Below, in pieces: positions 19,329 to 28,057 of a DNA stretch of 64,000 nucleotides; positions within the stretch are counted from its first letter, which is position 1; each line of letters starts with the position of its first letter. A program made the translations under genes and the position numbers. The notes beneath the pieces are model-generated. The model was not told the DNA's origin and ran no database searches. It saw only the letters and a program-made list of their open reading frames with translations. Source of the stretch: a phage; the sequence record PX880102.1, one strand, 5' to 3'.

Positions 19329-20216
19329 TTAAGATTTAAGTAAATCAACAATTTTAATTAATTTTTCACGTTCAGATTTAGCTTTACTACTCAATCCAGA
19401 TAGTCTGAAAATTTCATCGTCATATTGTTGAATAGAAATATTCAGCTCTTCAATTTGCTTATTAAAATAATCAATTTGCTCAGAATGTTTTTCATTACTG
19501 CGAACTGGTACAGGTTTTGTAGGCAATTTAGTTAAACTGGATTCATCCGGGCGATAAATTAAAATACAACTTGAACCAATCGGGCATTTAACACCAGACA
19601 CATATTCTAATGTTCCGGCTTCTTTTAAAACTTCAAAAGCTAAACAGAGATGATGCCCCATATTAACATAATCTGTAGAGCGAGCTCTGACATAATAATC
19701 ATCTCCGCGAATACTAAATTTAAAGCATTTAAGGTCTTCTGTATTATTGGTCTTAAAAATCATTTGTTTATCTAGACCTTTAGCTAATCGAGCGCCTAAT
19801 GCTAATAATCGTCGTTGATTTTCCCACAAATCTGCGATCATTTGGTCAAATGATAATTTCGGCATTAGTCGACCATAAAGATCATAGCCTTTATTATAAT
19901 TGCGAAGAATTTCACTCGCGTTAATACGAGACAATGCTCCAATTTTATTAAGGGCTTTCATAATGCGATTAGATAAACCCATTCCAGACCCGTTTGTTCG
20001 CTGCAAATGTTTTTCTAATCCAAATCCAATATCAACTTTAAACTTATCTAAAATTTCTGCATGAACATCTCTGTCAATAACATTCAAATCCAAAGTTGGG
20101 TTAAATCTATGAAAAAATTTATCTGGCTCTCCACGACGAAGTACAGTCCATTCATTCATTTTTTTATTAACTAAAGATTTAATTACTGTATTGACATTAT
20201 TAATTACTACTGACAT
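19329..20216 (-). CDS. hypothetical protein with C-terminal coiled coil
   Basis: Track start is GTG at 20252; ATG at 20216 with GAGGAAAAT RBS gives 295 aa. Confidence 0.6.
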   Translation of the reverse strand: MSVVINNVNTVIKSLVNKKMNEWTVLRRGEPDKFFHRFNPTLDLNVIDRDVHAEILDKFKVDIGFGLEKHLQRTNGSGMGLSNRIMKALNKIGALSRINASEILRNYNKGYDLYGRLMPKLSFDQMIADLWENQRRLLALGARLAKGLDKQMIFKTNNTEDLKCFKFSIRGDDYYVRARSTDYVNMGHHLCLAFEVLKEAGTLEYVSGVKCPIGSSCILIYRPDESSLTKLPTKPVPVRSNEKHSEQIDYFNKQIEELNISIQQYDDEIFRLSGLSSKAKSEREKLIKIVDLLKS

Positions 20217-20223
20217 ATTTTCC

Positions 20224-20631
20224 TCACTCAATTTCAATTTTACTAAATACACAGAATATGATGGAAAAGACTATATAAGCACCGCATACAGATTGAACTA
20301 ATACCATTCCAAAGAACCAAACAATATTATCAAACAATGTCTGTTTTACGTCGAAAGGACGTAAACTTACAGTAATATTATCGCCTTTTTCTATTGATGA
20401 ATAGATCTCTGGTGAAATATATTCGCTAAATCTATAACCGTCATTTAGTTCATATACGGCAATAAACGATAAACTAGACCCCTTTCCTTGTGTTCCTGTA
20501 ATGGTATTAACTACAGTAACATCATAATCTTTATAATGCATATAATCATTAATTGCGTAATAACCATATGCAACTACTACACATAAACAACATATCAATA
20601 AATTCAATCTTTTAATTATCAACCGTTTCAT
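20224..20631 (-). CDS. hypothetical membrane protein
   Basis: 135 aa, ATG start, N- and C-terminal hydrophobic segments. Confidence 0.6.
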   Translation of the reverse strand: MKRLIIKRLNLLICCLCVVVAYGYYAINDYMHYKDYDVTVVNTITGTQGKGSSLSFIAVYELNDGYRFSEYISPEIYSSIEKGDNITVSLRPFDVKQTLFDNIVWFFGMVLVQSVCGAYIVFSIIFCVFSKIEIE

Positions 20632-20660
20632 AATAATCTCAATTAAAAGGGCTTAAAACC

Positions 20661-20684
20661 ATTATACCATCCTTGGTATAAAGC
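20661..20684 (-). promoter_or_regulatory. MotA-dependent middle promoter
   Basis: Minus strand GCTTTATAC box, 12-nt spacer, TGGTATAAT. Confidence 0.5.
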
Positions 20685-20686
20685 GG

Positions 20687-21214
20687 TTATGCGAGTACCG
20701 TCTTTAACCGTTCTTCAAACTTCCGAAGAGTATTTTGGCGTTCAGCTCTTTGCTTTTTGTAAGTTTCAATACGCTCTGAAATGAGAGTGTATCGTTCATT
20801 TACTGATTCTTTCATAAAATCAGGAATTTCACGAGAAGCTTTAATCTCGTCAAATTTATCAATAACAGCTTGCTCTTCAGCAATTAAGTTATCATACATC
20901 AAAATATCTTTCTTGATGAACTCAATATCTTCTTGAGTTACACGAGATAACTTAGATGCTTTATCCTTTTTGTACTGTTCGTTAGTATCACGAGACCAGT
21001 GTAATGTACGATTTTTATTCGTATTCTTGTAAATTTCTACAATACCAATCTCATCAATAATAACGATCCAATTCCAACGGGATTTGTAAATTTGTCCTCC
21101 ATCAACCGTGATTTCACCTCCGATTGAGATGTCATTAAAGAACTTGCTTTGTGCTTCAGATTTAAATTTACCATCGTTGTAATTTACCAGGTTGAAAATA
21201 TCTTTAGCGTTCAT
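20687..21214 (-). CDS. hypothetical protein
   Basis: 175 aa, ATG with GGAGGAAC RBS. Confidence 0.65.
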   Translation of the reverse strand: MNAKDIFNLVNYNDGKFKSEAQSKFFNDISIGGEITVDGGQIYKSRWNWIVIIDEIGIVEIYKNTNKNRTLHWSRDTNEQYKKDKASKLSRVTQEDIEFIKKDILMYDNLIAEEQAVIDKFDEIKASREIPDFMKESVNERYTLISERIETYKKQRAERQNTLRKFEERLKTVLA

Positions 21215-21242
21215 TTTGTGTTCCTCCGTAGTTGATAGTTGT

Positions 21243-21272
21243 ATAGTACCACAGAGGAACAGTCTTGTAAAC
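21243..21272 (-). promoter_or_regulatory. early promoter (repeated promoter-leader module, copy 1)
   Basis: GTTTAC-N17-TGGTACTAT followed by conserved leader ACAACTATCAACT. Confidence 0.6.
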
Positions 21273-21274
21273 CA

Positions 21275-21577
21275 CTAAAAGAAACTTCTTTCACAATTTT
21301 TTCCACTGAACCAGGCGCTCACTGCTTTCTTAGTCTCAGGAGCGGTGTTATCCATAAACCATTCAAAGGCAGCCTTTTTATGATTCTGGAGGGCTTCTCG
21401 GGCTTTAATCTGCTCACGGTCTATTAACACTAACATATGAGCCTTTCTTGTCACCATGGGCTTCTTATGATTTTTTGAATACTCCCAATCATTTGTCCAT
21501 CGCATCGTTGTTGCGAATTGAAGTACAGCTTCTTTAATCTTAGTTTCGTAAATTTCACGAGCCTTTGAGTATAACAT
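21275..21577 (-). CDS. hypothetical protein
   Basis: ATG at 21577 preceded by GGAGG (100 aa); upstream in-frame ATG at 21589 possible. Confidence 0.55.
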   Translation of the reverse strand: MLYSKAREIYETKIKEAVLQFATTMRWTNDWEYSKNHKKPMVTRKAHMLVLIDREQIKAREALQNHKKAAFEWFMDNTAPETKKAVSAWFSGKNCERSFF

Positions 21578-21679
21578 CACTACCTCCATTTACCAGTTTA
21601 ATTCTAGTCATCTTTTTAATGGCAGTCCATATAATCTATTTCTGAACTGCCTTTTTTGTCTTAGAAGGCCTCTTATGAA

Positions 21680-22648
21680 TTATTTCAGAAGAGTAACCTC
21701 AGCGATTTCTTCCCAACCGTTTTTGTCGGTCATAATAAAGTCAGCAAGATAAAGAGCAGTACGCAGTGAAACATTGCGTAAACGATTAACATTGACTTTC
21801 ATCCATGATAGTGCTTTATAAGTTTCTTCATCAGAAAGACCGCGCTTTTGCATCATGTCAGTTGAAAGAATAACATCTTCAACCCTGACCATAATTTCTT
21901 CATTAGTGTGAACACCCAAATCCAAATAAACTGAGCGGGACACTAATGCTTGTAAATGTGGAGCAAGTTTAGTACCACGGTCTAATTCGCGGTCAATGTC
22001 AACGTTTGTGATAAAAACAATCGTTCCTTTAAATTCAAACTCACGCTCAATGCCTTTTTCTTCTAAGTAAGAAGACGCAGTGCTCCAGCAGACTTTACGG
22101 GTCTCTCCGGTGTCCAGAGCAGCTTTTAGAAGATTAAGAATGTCCATATCAGAGAAAACATCCACATCATCAATCAAAAGGACAGAATTCTCTTCACGAT
22201 TATTCCAAAGCTGCTCATAAAGACCAATACCAGAGATTTTACCATTAATGCTTTTATATTCAATGTATCCAATATCATTTGCTTTATTCAAAGCTTTATC
22301 TAAAGAATACGTTTTACCAATACCTGCTGCGCCAGAGATAATTAATGAACGAATATTTCCATTAATAATACCATTCGTCATCATTCCCATAACATTAAAT
22401 CTTTTATTAATGCGGGTTTTCATATCTTCATATGATTCTTTAACTTCTTCAACTTTTACACCATCATATGAAATATCTGATTTGTAAACCCAAACACCGC
22501 GACGCTTACCGTCAATTTCAACAAAAACTTTACCATCTCCTTGTGCATCTACCGGAGCATTATCTGGGAACCATTCGCCTAAGAGCTCAAAAGTTCCAGA
22601 GATTTCTTTACCGAAGTAGATACCCTTATTGATAGTTACAGTTTTCAT
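21680..22648 (-). CDS. P-loop AAA-type ATPase
   Basis: Track start is TTG; ATG at 22648 with GGAG RBS gives 322 aa; Walker A GAAGIGKT, Walker B LLIDDVD. Confidence 0.7.
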   Translation of the reverse strand: MKTVTINKGIYFGKEISGTFELLGEWFPDNAPVDAQGDGKVFVEIDGKRRGVWVYKSDISYDGVKVEEVKESYEDMKTRINKRFNVMGMMTNGIINGNIRSLIISGAAGIGKTYSLDKALNKANDIGYIEYKSINGKISGIGLYEQLWNNREENSVLLIDDVDVFSDMDILNLLKAALDTGETRKVCWSTASSYLEEKGIEREFEFKGTIVFITNVDIDRELDRGTKLAPHLQALVSRSVYLDLGVHTNEEIMVRVEDVILSTDMMQKRGLSDEETYKALSWMKVNVNRLRNVSLRTALYLADFIMTDKNGWEEIAEVTLLK

Positions 22649-22682
22649 TTTATTCTCCAAATCCGTATCAGTTGATAGTTGT

Positions 22683-22712
22683 ATAGTACCATAAAGCTTT
22701 ATGCTTGTAAAC
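22683..22712 (-). promoter_or_regulatory. early promoter (repeated promoter-leader module, copy 2)
   Basis: GTTTAC-N17-TGGTACTAT plus same leader as copy 1. Confidence 0.6.
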
Positions 22713-22742
22713 CGTTTTGTGAAAAAATTTTGAAATAAAAAA

Positions 22743-22760
22743 GGGAGCCCGAAGGCTCCC
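22743..22760 (-). terminator. intrinsic terminator (UUCG tetraloop)
   Basis: GGGAGCC-UUCG-GGCUCCC followed by U-run on minus transcript. Confidence 0.6.
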
Positions 22761-22762
22761 TA

Positions 22763-23776
22763 TCATTTATAATAACTTCGGTGGTTTTCAAGATAAACCC
22801 TCTCAAGGAAGTCATCCCAGAAACCCATATCTACTTTTTGCTGCATACCGTTCTTAGAAGCTTCAATGGATGCTGCTTCTACTTGATCGACCACATCTTC
22901 CAAAAACTCTTGAACTGTTTTAAACGGATGTTTACCCAACTTCACGTCGAGAATAAATGGAGCATCTTGAAGTGGATAAATCAAGTCGCCAGTTTTATAA
23001 ATTTCCAATAGTTGAAGTCCACCACGACAAGCATGACTCAAAGCTTTCCAGTCAATGCCCTCATTCGCTTCAGCCTTACGAGCACGTTCGCCGTATTCAG
23101 CATCAAGTTTATTCAAAGATTGCTTAAGCTCAATAAGAGAAAGCGTTGTCTGATATTTACGACCCAACACTGTGTAAAACGTCTGTGGGCCTGTTTTCTC
23201 ATGATTATGAAATACCCATTCACAGAATTCGTTCTCTGGAAGACGATGCTTAATATCTTCAATCTTAGTTCGACGTTGCTTAATGGAACCGTCTTCTTGA
23301 TAATCAACCCACTGATCAGGGATTTGATTAACTACTTTCAATACATCACGTAATGCGGCCAAACGAGAACCCTTGACGCCGTATTTAGAAGCTTGCTTGC
23401 GAACATATCCTAAATAGGATTTCATGTTAGTCGTATAAAAACGAGAACGGTTGTCTTGAATAAACTTCCATACATCAGGCAAATCAGATTTAACTACTAG
23501 TTCCGGTGGAGTGTGGAGCATATCCAATGCTACAGTTTCACCATCTGCTGCTAATTTAAAGAAATACTTAAGACTGTATAGTTCATGGTCAATATCATCT
23601 TTAGTGTTTTTAGATGATGTGTTGTTAGTGTTTTTACTCATATGCTCTTTAACATTTCCGATAAGAATATCACGAGCAGGAGGAACAAAGATTTCTTTAA
23701 AATCTACATCAGATTCTGGAGTAGAAGTTCCATAAAGATGACTACCAAAATAGCTTTTCATTACTGTTTTCATCAT
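22763..23776 (-). CDS. predicted nucleotidyltransferase-fold protein
   Basis: 337 aa; N-terminal GSHLYGTSTPESDVDF resembles Pol-beta-type NTase G[SG]...D.D motif. Confidence 0.6.
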   Translation of the reverse strand: MMKTVMKSYFGSHLYGTSTPESDVDFKEIFVPPARDILIGNVKEHMSKNTNNTSSKNTKDDIDHELYSLKYFFKLAADGETVALDMLHTPPELVVKSDLPDVWKFIQDNRSRFYTTNMKSYLGYVRKQASKYGVKGSRLAALRDVLKVVNQIPDQWVDYQEDGSIKQRRTKIEDIKHRLPENEFCEWVFHNHEKTGPQTFYTVLGRKYQTTLSLIELKQSLNKLDAEYGERARKAEANEGIDWKALSHACRGGLQLLEIYKTGDLIYPLQDAPFILDVKLGKHPFKTVQEFLEDVVDQVEAASIEASKNGMQQKVDMGFWDDFLERVYLENHRSYYK

Positions 23777-24234
23777 TCAGCCTTATATTCAATAACAGGA
23801 CATACTTTAGCTTTACGAGCTTTTAAAAATTCGACGATAATCGATTTCTTGGGTTGAATAGGAGGTAAACCTTTATACGCTCTATCAATATTTTCTACGT
23901 GTAAAGCATAATCCTTTTTCCATTTATAATCTTTATATTTTTCATGCAAATGTGCAGGAATAACAAATGAACCGATAATAAGTAAAACAACCAAAAGCGC
24001 AAGTATAAATGCCGATGGAAGAAGAGTCCATAAACTACCGAAAATAAGCCAACGTTGTAGGCTTTCTGCACAAATAATTGTTAGCCCTACAAGTATAGCA
24101 CATCCAAAAATAGAAACGAAAAATGTAGGAATGGCAATAGACCAAAAATATGCGCATAGTGTCTTAGGTCGTTGCCATTCATCGTTAAACAATTTGAATA
24201 ATTTATAATGCCAAGAGTTTTCATTAATAATCAT
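23773..24234 (-). CDS. hypothetical multi-pass membrane protein
   Basis: 153 aa, ATG start, several hydrophobic segments. Confidence 0.6.
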   Translation of the reverse strand: MIINENSWHYKLFKLFNDEWQRPKTLCAYFWSIAIPTFFVSIFGCAILVGLTIICAESLQRWLIFGSLWTLLPSAFILALLVVLLIIGSFVIPAHLHEKYKDYKWKKDYALHVENIDRAYKGLPPIQPKKSIIVEFLKARKAKVCPVIEYKAE

Positions 24235-24236
24235 AA

Positions 24237-24758
24237 TTATCCTTTCATTGAAGGCGTAACAGTTGTTAAATACTTAATCATAGCTTCAGCTTCTGATTTT
24301 GATAATGAAATTTCTCCATTGTTTTGACGAATAGAAATAAAATCCGGATGACGGTCACCACCAGCTTTTAAAACACACATATAAGTATCAACTTCATCTT
24401 CAATATTTGAAATGATTGAAGCAGTTCCACATGAATGCGGTTTTTGATAAATCAATGCAGCTTTTCTTCCGCCATTTGACTGTTCATAAACTTTTAATAC
24501 ATCAAACAAATCACTTCTTTTATCAATAGCTAAAATGTTATTTTCATCTTCAATGTTAAATCCTTCGGATACTTCATAAAGTGTCACCCATAAATCGCCA
24601 ATATCAATAACAGCGTTCACTTTTCCATGACTTTCAAGAGCATGACAAATTTTCTTGATTTCGTCATAACTCATTTTAATAATATCATCTCCTTGACTAA
24701 GAAAGATGTCATTTTTAAATTCAACACGAATTAAACCACTTCCACTTGAAATAAACAT
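24237..24758 (-). CDS. hypothetical protein (paralogue of next gene)
   Basis: 173 aa, ATG start; C-terminus resembles 24765..25322 product. Confidence 0.6.
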   Translation of the reverse strand: MFISSGSGLIRVEFKNDIFLSQGDDIIKMSYDEIKKICHALESHGKVNAVIDIGDLWVTLYEVSEGFNIEDENNILAIDKRSDLFDVLKVYEQSNGGRKAALIYQKPHSCGTASIISNIEDEVDTYMCVLKAGGDRHPDFISIRQNNGEISLSKSEAEAMIKYLTTVTPSMKG

Positions 24759-24764
24759 ATTTCC

Positions 24765-25322
24765 TCACTTTGAAATCATAGTTGGAATGACAGAATCAAG
24801 ATAAGTCTTTAGCGCAATAGCTTCGTCTTTGGTAAATGTGACAATATGCGATCGAAAATCATCAATTTGACGAATAGTTAAGACATCACCATCTTCATAG
24901 CATTTTGATACGTTTAAAACAGTTTCATCATTCTGATTGCAAGCGTTAGTAATAATAGCATTGCAATTTTTAAGCCATTTTAAACTATGTTTTCTTTCAT
25001 TAGAATAATAAAAATATTTAATCTTAGCTATAAAACTATCCCAATGGATAACTGATAAACACATTGACTCACTGTTAATATTAAATCCTGGGCATGAAGA
25101 ATAAAAATGAATTTTGTGCTCATCATTGATGCTTACTATTTTATCAGTATAAGGATATTCAATTTGGGTTAAATGAATGATTTCACTAGGCGTAAAATAT
25201 AGCATATCGTCTTCTTGCGTCAAACGATACATGTTATTTACTTTTTCTATAGCCAATTCGCCAAAAAGCGGACTAACTTCTAATACTAATCGTTTCATAT
25301 TGATTCTCTTCGACTCACTCAC
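24765..25322 (-). CDS. hypothetical protein (paralogue of previous gene)
   Basis: 185 aa with GTG start 9 nt after AGGAG, or ATG at 25298; start uncertain. Confidence 0.55.
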   Translation of the reverse strand: MSESKRINMKRLVLEVSPLFGELAIEKVNNMYRLTQEDDMLYFTPSEIIHLTQIEYPYTDKIVSINDEHKIHFYSSCPGFNINSESMCLSVIHWDSFIAKIKYFYYSNERKHSLKWLKNCNAIITNACNQNDETVLNVSKCYEDGDVLTIRQIDDFRSHIVTFTKDEAIALKTYLDSVIPTMISK

Positions 25323-25324
25323 AA

Positions 25325-25429
25325 TTACATACTCCTTTGAATAATATCAATAATGTTGTTCACCAGATTATAAGTAAACATTGGGTAATTATATTGAATC
25401 ATCACATACACAACAAACAAAACTTTCAT
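25325..25429 (-). CDS. small hydrophobic peptide (34 aa), below ORF-track threshold
   Basis: Own translation MKVLFVVYVMIQYNYPMFTYNLVNNIIDIIQRSM; RBS AAGGAGAAGAGA. Confidence 0.35.
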   Translation of the reverse strand: MKVLFVVYVMIQYNYPMFTYNLVNNIIDIIQRSM

Positions 25430-25457
25430 TCTCTTCTCCTTGGCAGTTGACAAGATT

Positions 25458-25487
25458 ACTATACCATAACCTTGCCAACTTGTAAAC
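25458..25487 (-). promoter_or_regulatory. early promoter
   Basis: Minus strand GTTTAC-N17-TGGTATAGT. Confidence 0.55.
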
Positions 25488-25489
25488 TA

Positions 25490-25663
25490 TTAAATGACGT
25501 TTTCAATAAAATTCTGAAGCTTTGTGTGAGCATCAACCATGATTTTCATTTCTTCCTTTGCGAAAGCTGTACCTCTTTCTCGAGCAGAATATTCATAGTC
25601 AGAAACTGCATTAGCATATTCTTCAATTAGCTTCATTAAAAACATCTGCTTTTCAGTTTTCAT
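25490..25663 (-). CDS. small protein (57 aa), below ORF-track threshold
   Basis: Own translation MKTEKQMFLMKLIEEYANAVSDYEYSARERG...; RBS GGTGGAATA; ATG overlaps upstream stop. Confidence 0.45.
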   Translation of the reverse strand: MKTEKQMFLMKLIEEYANAVSDYEYSARERGTAFAKEEMKIMVDAHTKLQNFIENVI

Positions 25664-25847
25664 TATTCCACCTAATCATTTCAAGGTATTGAACTAACTT
25701 AGCTTTGGATTTATCCAAATCCTTTTTAGCTGCTTCTATACCATCGTATGAGTATCCTTCACAATGCTCAACTGCCAATTGGTATGAATCTATTTCAACA
25801 TCACGTGCTAATTTAATGATTTTTTCAAACTGTTCACGTGTTAGCAT
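25653..25847 (-). CDS. hypothetical protein
   Basis: 64 aa, ATG start. Confidence 0.55.
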   Translation of the reverse strand: MLTREQFEKIIKLARDVEIDSYQLAVEHCEGYSYDGIEAAKKDLDKSKAKLVQYLEMIRWNNEN

Positions 25848-25849
25848 AC

Positions 25850-26053
25850 TTAAACTCTCGTATTATGATCGATAATTTCATCAAGAAACATATCTAAAGC
25901 TTCTAAAGCATTATCCACTTTAGTTTCAAAGTCTTTAATGCCTTTATTCGAAATACCCGATGAATACCAAGCAAAGTCAATCAGCTCTTCATCTGCTTTG
26001 CGAATTGAAGCCACTAATTCCTTGATTTTATCCGCTTGCTCTACACTAATCAT
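25850..26053 (-). CDS. hypothetical protein
   Basis: Track start is GTG; ATG at 26053 with GGTGGAATA RBS gives 67 aa; TAATG coupling. Confidence 0.5.
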   Translation of the reverse strand: MISVEQADKIKELVASIRKADEELIDFAWYSSGISNKGIKDFETKVDNALEALDMFLDEIIDHNTRV

Positions 26054-26241
26054 TATTCCACCACATATGAAAGAGAGAATATTGCACACGCCATATGAGT
26101 TGCAACTTCATCACACATATTATAACGTTTCTTGAGAAGTTCTACAAGTTCTTCACTGGTAACTTCATCCATGTCGACGAAAAAATCACCATTAATGATG
26201 ACGTAGATATTTCCTTCTTGATTAAGTGCTTCAATTTTCAT
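26053..26241 (-). CDS. hypothetical protein
   Basis: ATG at 26241 with GAGGAGAAC RBS gives 62 aa (track start sits inside promoter). Confidence 0.5.
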
Positions 26242-26269
26242 GATGTTCTCCTCTTTATCCGATGGTTGT

Positions 26270-26299
26270 ATAGTATCACAGCTCAAATGGAAAGTAAAC
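26270..26299 (-). promoter_or_regulatory. early promoter
   Basis: Minus strand GTTTAC-N17-TGATACTAT. Confidence 0.55.
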
Positions 26300-26310
26300 C
26301 GGTAAAATGA

Positions 26311-26332
26311 AAAAAGTCTCCCGAAGGAGACT
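26311..26332 (-). terminator. intrinsic terminator (UUCG tetraloop)
   Basis: AGUCUCC-UUCG-GGAGACU followed by UUUUU on minus transcript. Confidence 0.6.
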
Positions 26333-26336
26333 AACG

Positions 26337-26723
26337 TTATTCGAGGGAAAGAAGATATTTACTCTGATAAAACATTCCAGTAATATCATCTATCGTGCTT
26401 TGGATGGCTGGAGGCATTTCTTTATAAATGCTGTTAGATTGGTCTAGTATGCGATCAATCATTTTAATTGTGTTGGTAGGAAGTTTACTGGCATCTGGAA
26501 TAGAAGGCGTGTATTTTCTACCAGAATACCCCAAATATTGCTCGCCAAATTTATCAATCAAATCTGGTAACTCAGAGAAAATAAAATCATATGCCTTGTG
26601 TCTAGCATAACTTTTAGTTTCAAAATGTGCAGAATGAAAATAAGCTTGTGCAGCCATTAATAAACCTAAGTATTCATCTGCCTTTGAAGGTTTTCCACTT
26701 TGTGAAAAGTCGCTGAATTTCAT
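26337..26723 (-). CDS. hypothetical protein (rI-upstream ORF)
   Basis: 128 aa, ATG start. Confidence 0.6.
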
Positions 26724-27013
26724 TCAGTCTCCAATTTAATGTTCATAATTCTAGCGTATGATTGTGCCATCTCCGCGCCTCGTTCTATACATTCAAAATC
26801 AGAAGAGCACGGGTCATTTTTATAGGTCGTTCTCATAAAACTATAGAACTGTTCAGATGATTCTACACTTTTATTTTCAAAAAGCATATAAACGTGTCTA
26901 ATACCAGATTCCATAAATTTATCAAAATGAGGATCGACATTCGCTTCAATCGATGGAGATAAAACAAATGACAATCCTAGCATGGCAAATAGTGCCGTTG
27001 CTTTTAAGGCCAT
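26720..27013 (-). CDS. rI: lysis inhibition regulator rI (periplasmic antiholin)
   Basis: 97 aa; N-terminal signal-anchor MALKATALFAMLGLSFVLSPSIEA; matches recalled T4 RI. Confidence 0.85.
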   Translation of the reverse strand: MALKATALFAMLGLSFVLSPSIEANVDPHFDKFMESGIRHVYMLFENKSVESSEQFYSFMRTTYKNDPCSSDFECIERGAEMAQSYARIMNIKLETE

Positions 27014-27025
27014 AAAGGCCTCCTA

Positions 27026-27238
27026 TCATTTTTGTCCTGTATTTACTTTATGCCGATGCACGGCCTTAACTTTATCAAGGTATTTTTCAAAATTTCGCAA
27101 TCTAGTATAGTCTGCCGGAGATTGGTTGAGTGATACTTCTCGACGCAAAGCTGAAATGATATTTCCAACTTCCCTACGAATTTCATCTAATTGAAGCACA
27201 GTAAGATTGCGAAGTTGCTTTTCAGTTAATTGTAGCAT
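27026..27238 (-). CDS. hypothetical protein (rI.1-like)
   Basis: 70 aa, ATG start. Confidence 0.6.
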
Positions 27239-27280
27239 ATATACCCCTTTAGTTAGATAAACCTATTTATAACTTTTGCA

Positions 27281-27862
27281 CTAACCGAGCTTTTTAGTTA
27301 ATTCATTCCAATGTTTTCTACACAAAGAAACATAAATTTCATCACCAATACAGATTTGATTACCTTCTTTAACTGGTGTTCCATCTTCCATTAATCGAGC
27401 TGTCATAATCGCTTTTTTACCACAATGACAAACTGCCTTTAGTTCAATAAGTTTATCTGCAATCGCTAAAAGTTCTTTAGAACCTTCAAATAATTTTCCA
27501 GCGAAATCAGTCCTTAGCCCATAAGCCATAACAGGAACATTATATGTATCAACAATTCGGCTTAATTGATGCACCTGTTCAGTTTTTAAAAACTGAGCTT
27601 CATCTACAAATACGCAATGAATATCTTTTTGTGCTTCAGCCCATTTATAGAACTCAAAAATATCCATATCATCCGTAATAATATTCGCTTCCTGCTTAAT
27701 TCCAATACGAGAAACGACTTCACAGACAGAATCGCGAGTATCAATAGCAGGCTTAAGAACTAATACACTCATTCCACGTTCTTTATAATTATGTGCAGCA
27801 GTCAAAAGAGAAGCAGATTTTCCAGCATTCATTGCTGCATAAGTAAAAATTAAACTCGCCAT
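27281..27862 (-). CDS. tk: thymidine kinase
   Basis: 193 aa; P-loop MNAGKSASLL and C-terminal zinc knuckle, typical TK1 family. Confidence 0.92.
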   Translation of the reverse strand: MASLIFTYAAMNAGKSASLLTAAHNYKERGMSVLVLKPAIDTRDSVCEVVSRIGIKQEANIITDDMDIFEFYKWAEAQKDIHCVFVDEAQFLKTEQVHQLSRIVDTYNVPVMAYGLRTDFAGKLFEGSKELLAIADKLIELKAVCHCGKKAIMTARLMEDGTPVKEGNQICIGDEIYVSLCRKHWNELTKKLG

Positions 27863-27871
27863 ATCACCTTC

Positions 27872-28057
27872 TTAAAGCGTATTCACATAAGCTATTAATT
27901 CGTTTTCTTTCTTATCAAACCGATCAGCAAATTCTTCTTGCTGTTCGGGAGATAGCGGGCCGTATTCATCATAAAAGGTGTTTGCTTCTGTATGCTCATC
28001 TAGAAGTTCATGGATAAGCTCAAACAATTTATCTTTTTGTTCTTTACTCAGACTCAT
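27872..28057 (-). CDS. hypothetical acidic protein
   Basis: 61 aa, ATG start. Confidence 0.55.
   Translation of the reverse strand: MSLSKEQKDKLFELIHELLDEHTEANTFYDEYGPLSPEQQEEFADRFDKKENELIAYVNTL

Noticed and set aside
21614-21650. Plus-strand hairpin followed by TTTTTT inside a minus-strand gene block (possible antisense terminator)
   Set aside because: Long 19-nt loop and imperfect stem; no evidence of plus-strand transcription here.
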